The position numbers and the translations under genes were made by a program. A stretch of DNA of 365 bases, from assembly GCF_003334405.1 (NCBI RefSeq), contig NZ_QOWM01000068.1. One strand, given 5' to 3'. Below, in pieces: positions 1 through 365 of the stretch (position 1 is its first letter; each line of letters starts with the position of its first letter). Under the pieces are notes generated by a model. That model had not been told where the DNA came from, searched no databases, and saw nothing but the letters and a program-made list of their open reading frames with translations. The DNA comes from Escherichia coli. GTDB lineage: Bacteria; Pseudomonadota; Gammaproteobacteria; Enterobacterales; Enterobacteriaceae.

Positions 1-365
1 GCGCTGTTGGTCGCCAGGTAAAGATGCGGGCTTAACCGGATATCCGGCGGCAGCGCCCCCCACAGCCGCGCCAGCGTATGGCCGTCCGGCTGTGCTGCCT
101 TACCACCGCGCACCAGCCACATTGACTCACTGCGGCTGTACACCGCCTCCCCCGGCAGCAGCGGCTCAAAGTGAATGCTCCGCCCGCCGTTGTCGTTGAG
201 TATCAGTCCGTCATCACGTAGCTGTAAGCGGATATCAGAAGGCGCTTTCCAGCCGGGGCCGAAAACGCCCACCGGTGCAGGCGTCTTCGTCCGGTAGCTG
301 CTGTAGGTGCGGGAGAGAATGAACGGCAGCGGGCCGGGCAGCGCAAGGTCCGTCTCGCCGGGCAG
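1..365 (-). CDS. rhs: Internal fragment of an Rhs-family core protein (YD-repeat polymorphic toxin), N-terminal conserved region; partial at both ends
   Basis: Seen in sequence: the reverse-complement frame starting at + position 365 is open for 121 codons with no stop, and the trailing partial codon GC fits the Ala that I recall following ...LATNS in Rhs proteins. All other frames contain stops (for example minus frame 2 hits TGA after about 50 codons, minus frame 3 hits TGA after about 43 codons, + frame 3 stops at 33-35). Recall, not a search: the translation matches the conserved N-terminal region of E. coli Rhs core proteins (RhsA/B/C type), beginning roughly 55-60 residues into the protein, after the PAAR-like motif. 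High G+C (about 66%) also fits the known GC-rich Rhs core. Paralog is not assignable, so the symbol is given at family level only. Confidence 0.85.
   Translation of the reverse strand, partial: MPGETDLALPGPLPFILSRTYSSYRTKTPAPVGVFGPGWKAPSDIRLQLRDDGLILNDNGGRSIHFEPLLPGEAVYSRSESMWLVRGGKAAQPDGHTLARLWGALPPDIRLSPHLYLATNS

Noticed and set aside
24-35. ATG at 24-26 on the + strand
   Set aside because: It is followed by a stop (TAA, 33-35) after three codons, so it is not a gene.
36-47. Perfect palindrome CCGGATATCCGG as a possible terminator or protein-binding operator
   Set aside because: It has no loop and no flanking T-tract, and it sits inside a continuous ORF where it encodes P-D-I-R. A 12-bp palindrome is not very improbable in GC-rich coding DNA, so it is kept only as a minor repeat observation.
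110-117. Chi-like octamer (GCACCAGC on +, compared with the Chi complement CCACCAGC)
   Set aside because: It has one mismatch to the Chi consensus, and Chi activity is highly sequence-specific. Rhs-associated rearrangement is explained by homologous recombination between long repeats, not by a Chi site here.
120-122. Internal in-frame ATG (Met in ...SESMWLV...) as an alternative start on the minus strand
   Set aside because: The frame continues open upstream for 81 more codons that match the same protein, and there is no convincing Shine-Dalgarno sequence at the right spacing.
2-196. Open stretch of 65 codons on the + strand (frame 2), and a similar one in + frame 1 (22-171)
   Set aside because: Neither has a credible in-frame start with a ribosome-binding site. 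They lie antisense to a fully open frame that matches a recognised protein, and such shadow ORFs are expected by chance at about 66% G+C.
1-365. Recurrent GGCAGC hexamers on the + strand (49-54, 154-159, 325-330, 337-342)
   Set aside because: They are the reverse complement of CTGCC(G/C), i.e. Leu-Pro codon pairs in a Leu/Pro-rich protein. This is a compositional effect, not a structured repeat or binding-site array.
1-365. Possibility that the window encodes a novel, undescribed system
   Set aside because: The whole window is accounted for by a single ORF matching a well-characterised family (Rhs core). No unexplained intergenic sequence, RNA structure or additional gene is present.

Overview
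The window is GC-rich (240/365 = 65.8% G+C by my hand count) and is filled end to end by one open reading frame on the minus strand: 121 complete codons with no stop, running from + position 365 down to 3, with positions 2-1 as the first two bases (GC) of the next codon. The other five frames are interrupted by stops or are start-less antisense ORFs. The translation (LPGETDLALPGPLPFILSRTYSSYRTKTPAPVGVFGPGWKAPSDIRLQLRDDGLILNDNGGRSIHFEPLLPGEAVYSRSESMWLVRGGKAAQPDGHTLARLWGALPPDIRLSPHLYLATNS) I recognise from memory as the conserved N-terminal part of an enterobacterial Rhs core protein (E. coli RhsA/RhsB/RhsC type). It lies just after the PAAR-like N-terminus and before the canonical YD-repeat region. 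The window holds no start or stop codon, promoter, RNA gene, CRISPR array or mobile-element boundary. I see no evidence of an undescribed system in these 365 bases: Rhs is a well-characterised polymorphic-toxin family, and its variable parts (C-terminal toxin tip and immunity gene) would lie outside the window. The paralog cannot be assigned from this fragment, and the identification rests on recall, not a database search.
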